Position numbers and translations under genes: made by a program
Source: Patescibacteria group bacterium
Lineage (GTDB): Bacteria > Patescibacteriota > JABMPQ01 > JAHIRA01
DNA: 62,133 nucleotides
Assembly: GCA_018818205.1 (NCBI GenBank)
Contig: JAHISJ010000029.1
Span: forward strand, 1 to 62,133
Direction of reading: 5' to 3'
Shown: positions 43,204 through 52,561 of the stretch, piece after piece
How positions within the stretch are numbered: the stretch's first letter is position 1
How the letters are laid out: every line of letters begins with the position of its first letter
The notes under the pieces: model-generated
What the model saw: the letters and a program-made list of their open reading frames with translations, nothing else
Told to the model about the DNA's origin: nothing
The model's database searches: none

Positions 43204-44232
43204 TTAAAATAGCCTATACGCATAATACCATATTGGTTTTGAAATGACATCATAGGCTCCTATGTATTCAACTTCTGTGCCACCAAATCCTTTTTTGAAA
43301 CGGGTAATACCGTGCCAGGGGTGTTTTGGGTGGTTACTTTTTGTAATGCCCCAGAAATCATAGCATGCATAGCCTTCTTTTTTTGCATCGCAGATTTGAG
43401 CCCATTGGAGCAAGTGCGGTGCCATGACGTTTCTATGTTGATTTGAGGACGCGCCGTGCAGGTATGTTGCGGTGTCTTTATAGTAGACCATAATATGAGC
43501 GGCGATAGGTGTGTTTTTTAACTTTGCGATATAGAGCGTTGCAGCGCCTTGTTTTCCCAGAACCTTAAGCTGTTTTTTATAATACTCCTCATCATGAATA
43601 CCAAAATGGCTGCGTGTTCTGGTTGTCTCTGCAAGTTTGTAAAAAACGGTGATGTCATCCGGATTTTGCGTTTTGGAAATGGTTACTCCTTTTTTCTCAG
43701 CAAGGCGAATATTATACCGTGTCTTTTTATGCATTTCAGAAAGGAGCCCATCTTCTGATTTGGTTATGTCGAGTATCAGTGTTTCTTTTGGCTGTACTTG
43801 CTTAGAGGGGGTATGCGTTTTTATCTGTTCTTCTTGAATTTTTAGAAGTACTGTTGAGTCGTCACTTTTATCAGATATTTGTGGATCAAATCGGTAAAAA
43901 AGTCCTCGCTCTTTTTTTGTTAGTTGTTTGCAGGAATCATAAAAATAAGTGAGCACGCGCGTTAGTTTCTTTTCATCTTTCCAAAGAGTGTTTGCAATAA
44001 GGGGTCCGTGGGGACTGTACAGATACGTTTTACCGAGGCGTAGCGGTAGTACAATAATCAATGCACAAAGAAGGACTTTGTTTTTTTCTGTGATCGTAAG
44101 GATATGTGTTTTTCGGCCGAGTGATGTTTGAAAATCATGCCAAAAAGAAGACTGTAAAAAAGATGCATAGGTGTTGTCTATGCAAAAGCGTTCAAGCTCT
44201 TTTGAAAATGTCTCTTGGTATTCTACTTTCAT
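43204..44232 (-). CDS. FemAB-family peptidoglycan interpeptide-bridge aminoacyltransferase
   Basis: FLQSSFWHDFQ near the N-terminus, a length of 342 aa, and the C-terminal YDFWGI...GITRFKKGFGG block. Confidence 0.78.
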   Translation of the reverse strand: MKVEYQETFSKELERFCIDNTYASFLQSSFWHDFQTSLGRKTHILTITEKNKVLLCALIIVLPLRLGKTYLYSPHGPLIANTLWKDEKKLTRVLTYFYDSCKQLTKKERGLFYRFDPQISDKSDDSTVLLKIQEEQIKTHTPSKQVQPKETLILDITKSEDGLLSEMHKKTRYNIRLAEKKGVTISKTQNPDDITVFYKLAETTRTRSHFGIHDEEYYKKQLKVLGKQGAATLYIAKLKNTPIAAHIMVYYKDTATYLHGASSNQHRNVMAPHLLQWAQICDAKKEGYACYDFWGITKSNHPKHPWHGITRFKKGFGGTEVEYIGAYDVISKPIWYYAYRLF

Positions 44233-44787
44233 TTAGATATATTGAAGTGCTTCTTTCACTTGTTTTTCCGGATTCTTTGCAGTCACTTTTGAAAGGGCCT
44301 GCAGCGCCTCGCTTTTACTGTAACCAAGGCCCACGAGCGCGTGGACAGCATCACTGTTTTCAAGCGTAGCCATGTGTGTGATGTCTTCGTCGGAGAGTTT
44401 ATCTTGCAGCTCAAGGATAACGCGGTGTGCCGTTTTTTTACCAATACCGGGAACCTCGGTTAAAAAGGCGGTGTTCTTTTCTTGTATCGCGGTGAGGATG
44501 TCTTTGGTTGTTCCGGTAGAAAGCAGTGCGAGCCCTGTTTTTGGACCAATACCGGATACACTGATTAGTTTTTCAAAAAAAGAAAGCTCCTCAGTCGTTT
44601 TAAAACCAAACAAATCAAAGGCATCCTCTTTGATGTGAGGGTGAATGTAGAGCTCAACGTCGTCATCTTTTTTTAACTCTAAAAGTTCTGTGGGTTTAAG
44701 GTATACTTTGTATCCAACGTTATTTGTTTTGACGATGACGCACGTACTCAACTGACTTTGAATGGTGCCTTTTAAATACGCTATCAC
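44233..44787 (-). CDS. ruvA: Holliday junction branch migration protein RuvA
   Basis: (V)IAYLKGTI...NNVGYKVY, with HhH motifs SGIGPKTGLALL and PGIGKKTAHRVILEL. I propose a GTG start at 44787; the longer ORF to 44850 is an alternative. Confidence 0.85.
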   Translation of the reverse strand: MIAYLKGTIQSQLSTCVIVKTNNVGYKVYLKPTELLELKKDDDVELYIHPHIKEDAFDLFGFKTTEELSFFEKLISVSGIGPKTGLALLSTGTTKDILTAIQEKNTAFLTEVPGIGKKTAHRVILELQDKLSDEDITHMATLENSDAVHALVGLGYSKSEALQALSKVTAKNPEKQVKEALQYI

Positions 44788-44919
44788 GTGTGTACAGTTA
44801 TGTAGTAGTTTTACGTTTATGATTATAGCATTTTTTGTGGAAAAAGCCATTGATAGATCTACAGGGCTTTCTGTTTTTGTCTTTTTAGTTTACAATGGAC
44901 ATACATAAAAACTGTCACT

Positions 44920-46884
44920 ATGTCATATACACTCAAATCGCCATTTAAACCGACGGGGGATCAGCCGGTTGCCATTGCACAGCTTGAACAAGGTCTAAAG
45001 AAAAAAGACAAATTTCAAACGCTTCTTGGCGTTACCGGTTCAGGAAAGACGTTTACGATGGCCAATATTATTGCAAAGGAAAAAAGGCCAACGCTTATTT
45101 TGTCTCATAATAAAACGCTAGCGGCGCAGCTTGCTTCGGAATTTAGGCAGTTTTTTCCTGATGCGGCTGTCCAATACTTTGTGTCGTATTATGATTACTA
45201 TCAACCGGAATCGTACTTGCCATCATCGGATACGTATATTGATAAAGAAACACAGATAAATGATGAGATAGACAGACTGAGGCATGCAGCAACGTCTGCG
45301 CTTCTAACTCGTGATGATGTGATTATTGTGGCGTCGGTCTCATGTATTTATGGCTTAGGGCCGCCAAGTGAATATAAAGCAGAGAGTCTCTCTATTACTC
45401 AGGGCCAAAAAATTGGGCGGGATGAACTTTTAAAAGCGCTCATTACGATGCAGTATCAGCGGAATGATATTGATTTATACAGGGGGCGGTTTAGAGTGCG
45501 TGGAGATATTGTTGAGATTCATCCGGCGTATGCAGAAGAGGTGCTCAAGGTGGTATTTTTTGGCGATGAGATAGAGTCGATTCAGAAAATTAACGAGCTT
45601 ACCGGAGAGGTGATGCATGAGTTTGAGGAAACGACGCTTTTCCCAGCCTCACATTTTGCAACATCAGAAGAATCGGTTAAAAAGGTGATTCCTTTTATAA
45701 AGAAAGATCTAAAAAAACGTTTAACTGAATTTAAAAGCCAGGGAAAATTGATTGAGGAGCAGCGGCTCAGAGAACGAACCGAGTACGATCTTGAGATGCT
45801 TGAGGTGACAGGATATTGCGGGGGGATAGAAAACTACTCGCGCTATTTTGACGGGAGAAAGCCCGGTGAGCCGCCGTACACGCTTCTTGATTACTTTCCC
45901 AAAGATTTTTTGCTGTTTATTGATGAGTCGCATATTACGATTCCCCAAGTGAGGGGTATGCATGCAGGAGACAGGGCACGTAAAAACACGCTTGTCGATT
46001 ATGGATTTAGATTGCCGTCTGCTAAAGATAATCGTCCACTCAATTTTGAGGAATTTATGGAGCACATTAATCAGACGATTTTTGTTTCAGCAACACCTGA
46101 GTTGTTTGAGCTTAATGAGAGTAAACAAGTTGCAGAGCAGCTGATTAGGCCAACGGGTCTTCTGGATCCGGATGTTGATGTGCGGCCTATTAAACATCAG
46201 ATTGATGACTTGCTTGCAGAAATTAATGATAGGGCTGAAAAAAAGGAACGTGTTCTTGTTACTACGCTTACCAAGCGAATGGCGGAGGAGTTTACTGAAT
46301 ATCTTAAAGAGCTGGGTATTGCGGTTCAGTATTTGCACAGTGATATTAATACGCTTGAGCGGATAGAGATTCTACGTGATTTGCGTCTTGGTAAATATGA
46401 TGTGCTTATTGGCATTAACCTTCTTAGAGAAGGTCTTGATCTCCCCGAAGTGTCGCTTGTGGCTATTATGGATGCAGATAAAGAAGGCTTTTTACGGTCA
46501 AAAACTGCATTAGTACAAACAATGGGACGTGCAGCGAGGCATGAGAAAGGGCACGTCATTATGTACGCAGATAGGATGACCAAATCTATGCGTAATGCGA
46601 TAGAAGAAGTGAGCAGACGTCGAAAGATACAAGAAGCGTACAACAAAAAGAATGGCATTGTGCCAATGTCAGTTAAGAAAGAAATTTCTGATGATAGGCT
46701 TGCGGGCAAGAAGGAAAAGAAAAAAACAAAAGTGCCAAAAAATATTAGACCAGGTGAACTTAAAAATACTATCAAACAGATGGAAAACCGCATGGAACTT
46801 GCGGCACGGAATTTTGAATTTGAGGAAGCTGCAGAGCTTAGGGATCAGATTATTGAATTGAAGAAGTTGGATGTAAATCCGTAG
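44920..46884 (+). CDS. uvrB: Excinuclease ABC subunit B
   Basis: Walker A is [12 protein letters not shown]. Helicase motifs are present, and the C-terminal UVR domain reads [17 protein letters not shown]. Confidence 0.95.
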   Translation: MSYTLKSPFKPTGDQPVAIAQLEQGLKKKDKFQTLLGVTGSGKTFTMANIIAKEKRPTLILSHNKTLAAQLASEFRQFFPDAAVQYFVSYYDYYQPESYLPSSDTYIDKETQINDEIDRLRHAATSALLTRDDVIIVASVSCIYGLGPPSEYKAESLSITQGQKIGRDELLKALITMQYQRNDIDLYRGRFRVRGDIVEIHPAYAEEVLKVVFFGDEIESIQKINELTGEVMHEFEETTLFPASHFATSEESVKKVIPFIKKDLKKRLTEFKSQGKLIEEQRLRERTEYDLEMLEVTGYCGGIENYSRYFDGRKPGEPPYTLLDYFPKDFLLFIDESHITIPQVRGMHAGDRARKNTLVDYGFRLPSAKDNRPLNFEEFMEHINQTIFVSATPELFELNESKQVAEQLIRPTGLLDPDVDVRPIKHQIDDLLAEINDRAEKKERVLVTTLTKRMAEEFTEYLKELGIAVQYLHSDINTLERIEILRDLRLGKYDVLIGINLLREGLDLPEVSLVAIMDADKEGFLRSKTALVQTMGRAARHEKGHVIMYADRMTKSMRNAIEEVSRRRKIQEAYNKKNGIVPMSVKKEISDDRLAGKKEKKKTKVPKNIRPGELKNTIKQMENRMELAARNFEFEEAAELRDQIIELKKLDVNP

Positions 46885-46952
46885 GGTGTACCCCCCTTGT
46901 GGGTACCCGTGAAAGTATGGTGCGATAGGGCGCCCACAAGGGGCACCCGTAC
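46881..46952. repeat. Inverted REP doublet
   Basis: GTAGGGTGTACCCCCCTTGTGGGTACCC (46881-46908, contains the uvrB stop codon) and GGGCGCCCACAAGGGGCACCCGTAC (46928-46952) in the opposite orientation. Confidence 0.85.
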
Positions 46953-47004
46953 AGATGTCCGGATATTTAGGCGGGGCTTCACATAAAAAATAGTATATTT
47001 GAGC

Positions 47005-47709
47005 ATGAAAGACCTAACCGGCATTCTCCTCGTAAATAAACCCCCAGGCCCAACCTCGCATGACATGGTAGGAATGCTTAGACGTATCACTGGTGTGAAG
47101 AAAATTGGTCACGCGGGGACACTTGATCCGTTTGCAAACGGGCTATTAATTTGCCTAATTGGGAGAGGTGCAACAAAGAAATCAGACGAGTTTATGCATA
47201 TGGATAAGGAGTATGTCGCGGTGCTGAGTCTTGGAGTGGAAACAGACACGTATGATAGAGAGGGGAAAATCGTTAAGGAATATGGTGAAGTAGACATGGG
47301 TGAGGTACAAAAGAAACTTCCCGAGGTGTTAAATAAATTTATCGGAACGATTATGCAAGAGCCGCCCATGTTTTCTGCAAAGAAGATTAAGGGAAAGAAG
47401 TTGTATGAGCTTGCAAGGGAGGGAAAGACTATAAAAAGAACAAAGGTGCCGGTTGAGATTGCGTCTATTGAAGTACTTGATATAGATACAACAAAATCAC
47501 AAATCATACTAAAAATTGCCTGTGGTTCAGGAACATATATTCGCAGTCTTGCGTATGATATTGGGAGAACATTGGGAGTTGGTGCGTATTTGGAAGAGCT
47601 TGAGCGGACAAGGATAGGACAGTATCTTCTAAAGGATGCGATGTTGCTTGAAGGATGTACTAAAGAGGATATTAAAAAAAATTGTGTCATCCCGGACAGT
47701 CTTTCTTAA
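47005..47709 (+). CDS. truB: tRNA pseudouridine(55) synthase TruB
   Basis: GILLVNKPPGPTSHDMV and KIGHAGTLDPFANGLL (catalytic Asp). The last ~8 codons lie in a MITE. Confidence 0.9.
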   Translation: MKDLTGILLVNKPPGPTSHDMVGMLRRITGVKKIGHAGTLDPFANGLLICLIGRGATKKSDEFMHMDKEYVAVLSLGVETDTYDREGKIVKEYGEVDMGEVQKKLPEVLNKFIGTIMQEPPMFSAKKIKGKKLYELAREGKTIKRTKVPVEIASIEVLDIDTTKSQIILKIACGSGTYIRSLAYDIGRTLGVGAYLEELERTRIGQYLLKDAMLLEGCTKEDIKKNCVIPDSLS

Positions 47710-47791
47710 GACTGAGCCGGGATGACATTGCTTACAGGTATGGAAACGAGATCCCGGATATCCGCTTAAGAAAGTGGATTCCGAGATGACA
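47686..47791 (+). repeat. MITE-like double-hairpin repeat (long copy)
   Basis: TGTCATCCCGGACAGTCTTTCTTAAGACTGAGCCGGGATGACA...CGAGATCCCGGATATCCGCTTAAGAAAGTGGATTCCGAGATGACA. Confidence 0.8.
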
Positions 47792-47941
47792 GTAAGAAGT
47801 TAAATCGTTCAAAAGCTGAATGATTTTTTTCTTTTTGAAGGGTATTGACATATAAAAAAGGGATTGCTAGGTTGAACGCAGTTCTTTTCCATAAAAAACC
47901 CTGAGCGAAGGCTCGTACAGAGAAAGAAGGAGGATTTTGTT

Positions 47942-49534
47942 TTGAAAATTACAGATTTTGCGACTGTTGAACTTGCTGATAATTATTCTTTAACTACGCA
48001 TGGCGGGGCCGTCCCTTCACTTCAACACCATGTTGGTGGTAAATGGGTAAGTCAAACTGGCGGTTTTACCGTTGTTCTGAGCCCACTGAACGGTGAACCA
48101 CTTTTTTTGTATCCAAAGGAAGTGGATCAGACTATTGGATTTGAACCGTTTATTGATGGCTTCAAAAATTGTCCTAAACATGGTCTTCATAACCCCATTA
48201 AAAATCCTGAGCGGTATCTCATGCTTGGGGAAGTCTGTTTCAAAGCAGCGGTAGCTTTGCAAGTCCCAGAAATTGAAGATTTCTTTACCCGACTGATTCA
48301 GTGTGTTATGCCAAAATCATATGCCCAGGCAAGGGGTGAGGTCATTGTTACCAGGCAGTTTTTTAAAAACTTTTCTGGTGACAACGCCAGGTTTTTGTGT
48401 AAAGGCGAAACCACCCCAGGTGATCACCTAGGTCAAGAAAGTTGTATCTACCATTGGCCGTATGGCGCAGTTTTGATTATAGCTCCTTTTAACTTTCCTC
48501 TTGAGATTCCAGCACTTCAGCTTGTTGGTGCACTTCTTGTAGGAAACCGTCCCACGATCAAGGCTGCAACGACTGTGGCGGTTGTTCTTGAGCAGTTTCT
48601 TCGCTTGCTGTTTACGTGTGGACTTCCGGAAAGCGATGTTGATTTGATTCATTGCAGTGGTTGGTGGATGGAAAGGCTTATTGATGAGGAAAAAAGTCTT
48701 ATTCGTCATCTGCAGTTTACCGGGTCATCTTCTGTTGCCAACCATTTGGCAGCCAAAATGAAAGGCAAGATTGCTGTTGAGGATGCCGGTTTTGACTGGA
48801 AGATTTTAGGTCCGGATTGCGATCCTTGTACGATTGGTTGGGTCGCGTACCAGTGTGATCAGGACGCGTTTGCGGCATCAGGACAAAAGTGTTCTGCACA
48901 ATCCATTCTCTTTTACCATGAGAATTGGGAGACCATACTTCCCGCACTGAAAGATCTTGCGGAAAGAAGGAATCTTGAAAATCTAACCAATGGTCCTGTG
49001 CTGACATGGACGACAAAAGAAATGCTTGATCATATTGAAAAACTTGCAGCCATCCCGGGTGCAAAGATTCTCTTTGGTGGAAGAGCCATTGAAAATCCAA
49101 ACATTCCCAAAGTGTATGGACTTATTGAACCAACAATGGTCTTAGTTCCTATTGAGCGAGTGCTTGGTCATTTTGATCTGGTGTGTAAGGAGGTATTTGG
49201 ACCGGTCACTGTGGCAGTTAAATATGGTCCATATGAATTAGACGCAGTCCTAGAATACTGCGAGCGTATGACTGAGCATTTAACGGCAGCGGTTGTCTCG
49301 CAAGATCCGCAGTTTATCAATACAGTTTTGGGAAGAACGGTTAATGGTACAATATATGCCGGCATCAGAGCACGTACCACTGGAGCACCACAAAACCACT
49401 GGTTTGGCCCTGCAGGTGATCCACGTGCTGCAGGAATTGGAACACCAGAGGCAATTAGGCGTACATGGACGAGTCCGCGATGCGTGATTTGTGATGTTGG
49501 ACCTATCCCCGATACGATTCCCGAACAATCGTAA
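47942..49534 (+). CDS. Aldehyde dehydrogenase family protein, resembling 1-pyrroline-5-carboxylate dehydrogenase of the ALDH4/ALDH12 type
   Basis: FTGSS, VEDAGFDWKILGPD and ASGQKCSAQS (catalytic Cys context), plus C-terminal TTGAP..FGP.GDPR..GIGTPEAIRRTW. A TTG start follows GAAGGAGGA. The subfamily call is from memory. Confidence 0.75.
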   Translation: MKITDFATVELADNYSLTTHGGAVPSLQHHVGGKWVSQTGGFTVVLSPLNGEPLFLYPKEVDQTIGFEPFIDGFKNCPKHGLHNPIKNPERYLMLGEVCFKAAVALQVPEIEDFFTRLIQCVMPKSYAQARGEVIVTRQFFKNFSGDNARFLCKGETTPGDHLGQESCIYHWPYGAVLIIAPFNFPLEIPALQLVGALLVGNRPTIKAATTVAVVLEQFLRLLFTCGLPESDVDLIHCSGWWMERLIDEEKSLIRHLQFTGSSSVANHLAAKMKGKIAVEDAGFDWKILGPDCDPCTIGWVAYQCDQDAFAASGQKCSAQSILFYHENWETILPALKDLAERRNLENLTNGPVLTWTTKEMLDHIEKLAAIPGAKILFGGRAIENPNIPKVYGLIEPTMVLVPIERVLGHFDLVCKEVFGPVTVAVKYGPYELDAVLEYCERMTEHLTAAVVSQDPQFINTVLGRTVNGTIYAGIRARTTGAPQNHWFGPAGDPRAAGIGTPEAIRRTWTSPRCVICDVGPIPDTIPEQS

Positions 49535-49752
49535 TCCACTGATACACTTTTGACTTGTATTGTTTCTAAACAAAAGAGGGAGCTGTTTTGTTAAACACTC
49601 CCTCAACTTACTGTTTTCTCTATTTGTAATATAGAGGTGACTGAGGTATAAAAAATCTCCTGAGAGGGGATTTTTTTATTCCCATTTGACATACTTATTT
49701 TTCTGCGTTAATATATGCTATGTTCGAAATGTAAGTTTAATCAATCGATTCA

Positions 49753-50025
49753 ATGCCGATCAAAGATTCAGCAAAAAAGTCGCTTCGTCAGGATAAAGCA
49801 CGTGCATCCAGAAACCTTTTGCGCAAGAAAGCAATGCGTGAAATTATCAAAGAGATGTATGAGATGCTTGATGAGAAGAAGGTAAGCGATGCGGAAAAGA
49901 AGCTTCCTGAAGCGTATAAAGCTATAGATAAAGCAGCAAAGGCTGGAACAATTGAGAAGAACACTGCAGCACGAAAAAAGTCACGGTTAATCCGTGCAAT
50001 CGCACATGCAGGCTCTTCAAAGTAA
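49753..50025 (+). CDS. rpsT: 30S ribosomal protein S20
   Basis: MPIKDSAKKSLRQDKARASRN...; basic, 90 aa. Confidence 0.9.
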   Translation: MPIKDSAKKSLRQDKARASRNLLRKKAMREIIKEMYEMLDEKKVSDAEKKLPEAYKAIDKAAKAGTIEKNTAARKKSRLIRAIAHAGSSK

Positions 50026-50097
50026 GTACGTTATTGACACTCGTGTTAAAAAACGATACAATAACGATGTTTAACTAGTGCTAATTTTTTTTGATTT

Positions 50098-50721
50098 ATG
50101 CCGAAGTATCTTGGTCCAAAAGGAAAAGTAGTCAGACGACTTGGAGTCAATGTTTTTGGTAATCCAAAATTTGACAAAGTTCTTGCAAAAAGACCATATG
50201 CACCTGGAATCCATGGCCCGGTGACCAAGGGTCGTAAACGTGTTTCAGAATATGGAAGACAGCTTGTAGAGAAACAGAAGCTTAAGTTTACGTATGGGTT
50301 GAGAGAAAAGCAGTTTAGAAAATTATTTGAGAAGGCACAAAGCATGGAAGGTGTCACTGGTCATAATCTTCTGACCCTTCTTGAGAGACGGCTTGATATG
50401 ATTGTGTATCGTGCGCGTATGGCGGCTACAAAAGATGCGGCTAGACAGCTCATTTCACACGGTCATGTGTTGGTAAACGGTAGACGTGTTGATGTTCCTT
50501 CATACAGCGTAAAAAAGGATGATGTTATTACCGTTAAAGAGGCTACCCGGTCAAAGGGAATTGTCATGCGGAACCTAAAAGAAAACGGTATGCGCGAGGC
50601 CCCGGAATGGCTTGAAGTCAACGATAAAGACGCTGAGTGTACGGTATTTAAGTATCCTGTTGGTGCTGAGATTCAATCGCCGGCTGATCTTCAGATGATT
50701 GTTGAGTTGTATTCACGTTAA
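50098..50721 (+). CDS. rpsD: 30S ribosomal protein S4
   Basis: MPKYLGPKGKVVRRLG... and the S4 RNA-binding domain RLDMIVYRARMAATKDAARQLISHGHVLVNGRRVDVPSY. Confidence 0.95.
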   Translation: MPKYLGPKGKVVRRLGVNVFGNPKFDKVLAKRPYAPGIHGPVTKGRKRVSEYGRQLVEKQKLKFTYGLREKQFRKLFEKAQSMEGVTGHNLLTLLERRLDMIVYRARMAATKDAARQLISHGHVLVNGRRVDVPSYSVKKDDVITVKEATRSKGIVMRNLKENGMREAPEWLEVNDKDAECTVFKYPVGAEIQSPADLQMIVELYSR

Positions 50722-50749
50722 GCGTACATTTCTTATTACGTACTAAATT

Positions 50750-50773
50750 AAGGCGGTTTACCCGCCTTTTTTG
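50750..50773 (+). terminator. Rho-independent terminator after rpsD
   Basis: AAGGCGG-TTTA-CCCGCCTT followed by TTTTG. Confidence 0.75.
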
Positions 50774-50834
50774 TTTGAATAAAAAAATCACCAGACAGAA
50801 GCCGGGTGTTTTTTAATGTTGATAGAATATATTA

Positions 50835-52409
50835 TTATTTAATACAGTTTGCCTTAAAGCCGAACTGTACATCTATTGGGTTAACACATCCCGTAGGAGA
50901 TTTTCCCGGACAGTTAAGTTTTGCAGAATTTGGACTGCAGCAGTATGATCCAAAAGAATGAACATTTTTGCAGGTGCTGCATATGCACTGAGATCTACAT
51001 TCTGTCCCAGAAGGGCAGTACCCATCTCTTCCGTAACTTGCTTGGCAATGCTCCACTTTACTTGGCCAACACGTGGGGCCAAGGTGAGTGTCTACAATGA
51101 GTGGATTTGGAGGTTGGCAGTAGCAGTATTGATTTCCAATTTGTTTGCACGTGGCACCTTTGGGGACACAGAGAGCTTTGTTAGCAAAGCTACAGCAGGT
51201 CTGCAATTGATTGCAGAGAGCATGTATTTTTCCATCACCGCTTATGCATTCTGTGTATCCTGACGGGATACAGCCAAAACTCCCACAGCTACTTGAATGC
51301 GGACAGCATTTGTTCATGTCAGGGCATGGACGTGGTGCTGTTGCATCGCAGCAAAGGAGCGGTGCTTTTGCGCATACTTGATCATATTTGCACGTATGTG
51401 TACCGCAATCCTTGTTAGATTTATCGATACATTTTTTGAGCATTTTTGAGCATTTTTCTCCAGGAGTGCACAGTACGTGAGTTGACGCGGAAGTAGCGCA
51501 AGTAGTCCATCCCTTTGTTACACACACCTTTTTCTTGTTGACCGATTGGCATTCTTCGTTTGCGCTGCAGCAATCGTTTGTGCAAGGGGTAGGGGTTGCA
51601 GTTGGGCAGCATGGCTTTGTTACTGCGTTAGTGCACGTGAAGTTGGGAGGGCATACGAGGCCATTTCCACAATCATCTGAACCTCGCGTCATGCACGCGC
51701 CACTTTTTGTACCGCATTCTTGAGATGCATCACAAATAGTGTAACTTGTTTTATTAACTGATGGGCAAAGGCTGCACCCGGGGCAAACGCATGCGGTATA
51801 TTTAGTATCGCATTTGTTGCCATAAGGGCAGCATTTTGTTCCGCATGCTACAGGAGCGTCTGAAGCACAGCATGGTTTTGCCTTGCTGTGGGTACATTTT
51901 TGTCCGGGATTACAGAAACCAGTGGTGCTTTCTTCACACTCCTCACATCCTCTGCAAATGCATCGTCTATTTGGCGTACAGATCTCATATTGTTCGTTGC
52001 ATAAGTTGGTGCAGGAGCCACAAGGTTTGAAGTTAGGCGGGGTGCAACAGTTTACCTGTTCAGCTTTCTTGGTAATATACCACTTACAGTCGTAATTTGA
52101 GTAGCAACAATCAGTGCCGCAGCGATCCTCGCCTGCTCTGCATTTTTTTAAGCACACTGATTTGTCATGGCGACATGATTCTGTTGTATCATCGCAGCAC
52201 ACAGCTTGTAAGTCTTTGTGCCCACAGTAGATACTTCCTGGAGCGCAGGGCATATCAGATTTTCTCTCTCCTGCGTCGCTTGTGGACTCAAAATTCTTTA
52301 CGTGCTCTGCCTTTGCTTGTTGCTCTGCTTGCTCATTAGGTGCTGGAGCACAGTTGAAAAGTGAAAAAACAAAAAGTAACAAAATGACTCTAGATAGAGC
52401 TATTTTCAT
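50835..52409 (-). CDS. Secreted, extremely cysteine-rich repeat protein (524 aa)
   Basis: Signal peptide or lipobox-like MKIALSRVILLLFVFSLFNC. By my hand count there are about 80 Cys, many as CC doublets in recurring C-G-x2-CC-P-x4-6-C ... C-x-P-x-G-x3-C modules. Confidence 0.7.
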   Translation of the reverse strand: MKIALSRVILLLFVFSLFNCAPAPNEQAEQQAKAEHVKNFESTSDAGERKSDMPCAPGSIYCGHKDLQAVCCDDTTESCRHDKSVCLKKCRAGEDRCGTDCCYSNYDCKWYITKKAEQVNCCTPPNFKPCGSCTNLCNEQYEICTPNRRCICRGCEECEESTTGFCNPGQKCTHSKAKPCCASDAPVACGTKCCPYGNKCDTKYTACVCPGCSLCPSVNKTSYTICDASQECGTKSGACMTRGSDDCGNGLVCPPNFTCTNAVTKPCCPTATPTPCTNDCCSANEECQSVNKKKVCVTKGWTTCATSASTHVLCTPGEKCSKMLKKCIDKSNKDCGTHTCKYDQVCAKAPLLCCDATAPRPCPDMNKCCPHSSSCGSFGCIPSGYTECISGDGKIHALCNQLQTCCSFANKALCVPKGATCKQIGNQYCYCQPPNPLIVDTHLGPTCWPSKVEHCQASYGRDGYCPSGTECRSQCICSTCKNVHSFGSYCCSPNSAKLNCPGKSPTGCVNPIDVQFGFKANCIK

Positions 52410-52561
52410 CGTTCCTCCTTATGATATACAGGGTTCCTTTGATCTGGCTCAATAGTATAGTTTTTTGGTAACTTGTCAAATGAAAAGAGTAATGATATTG
52501 ATAGGCGAACCGTTTAGCGTATACTCTAACTACTGAAACTTAACATCAATCGGAGGGAGTC

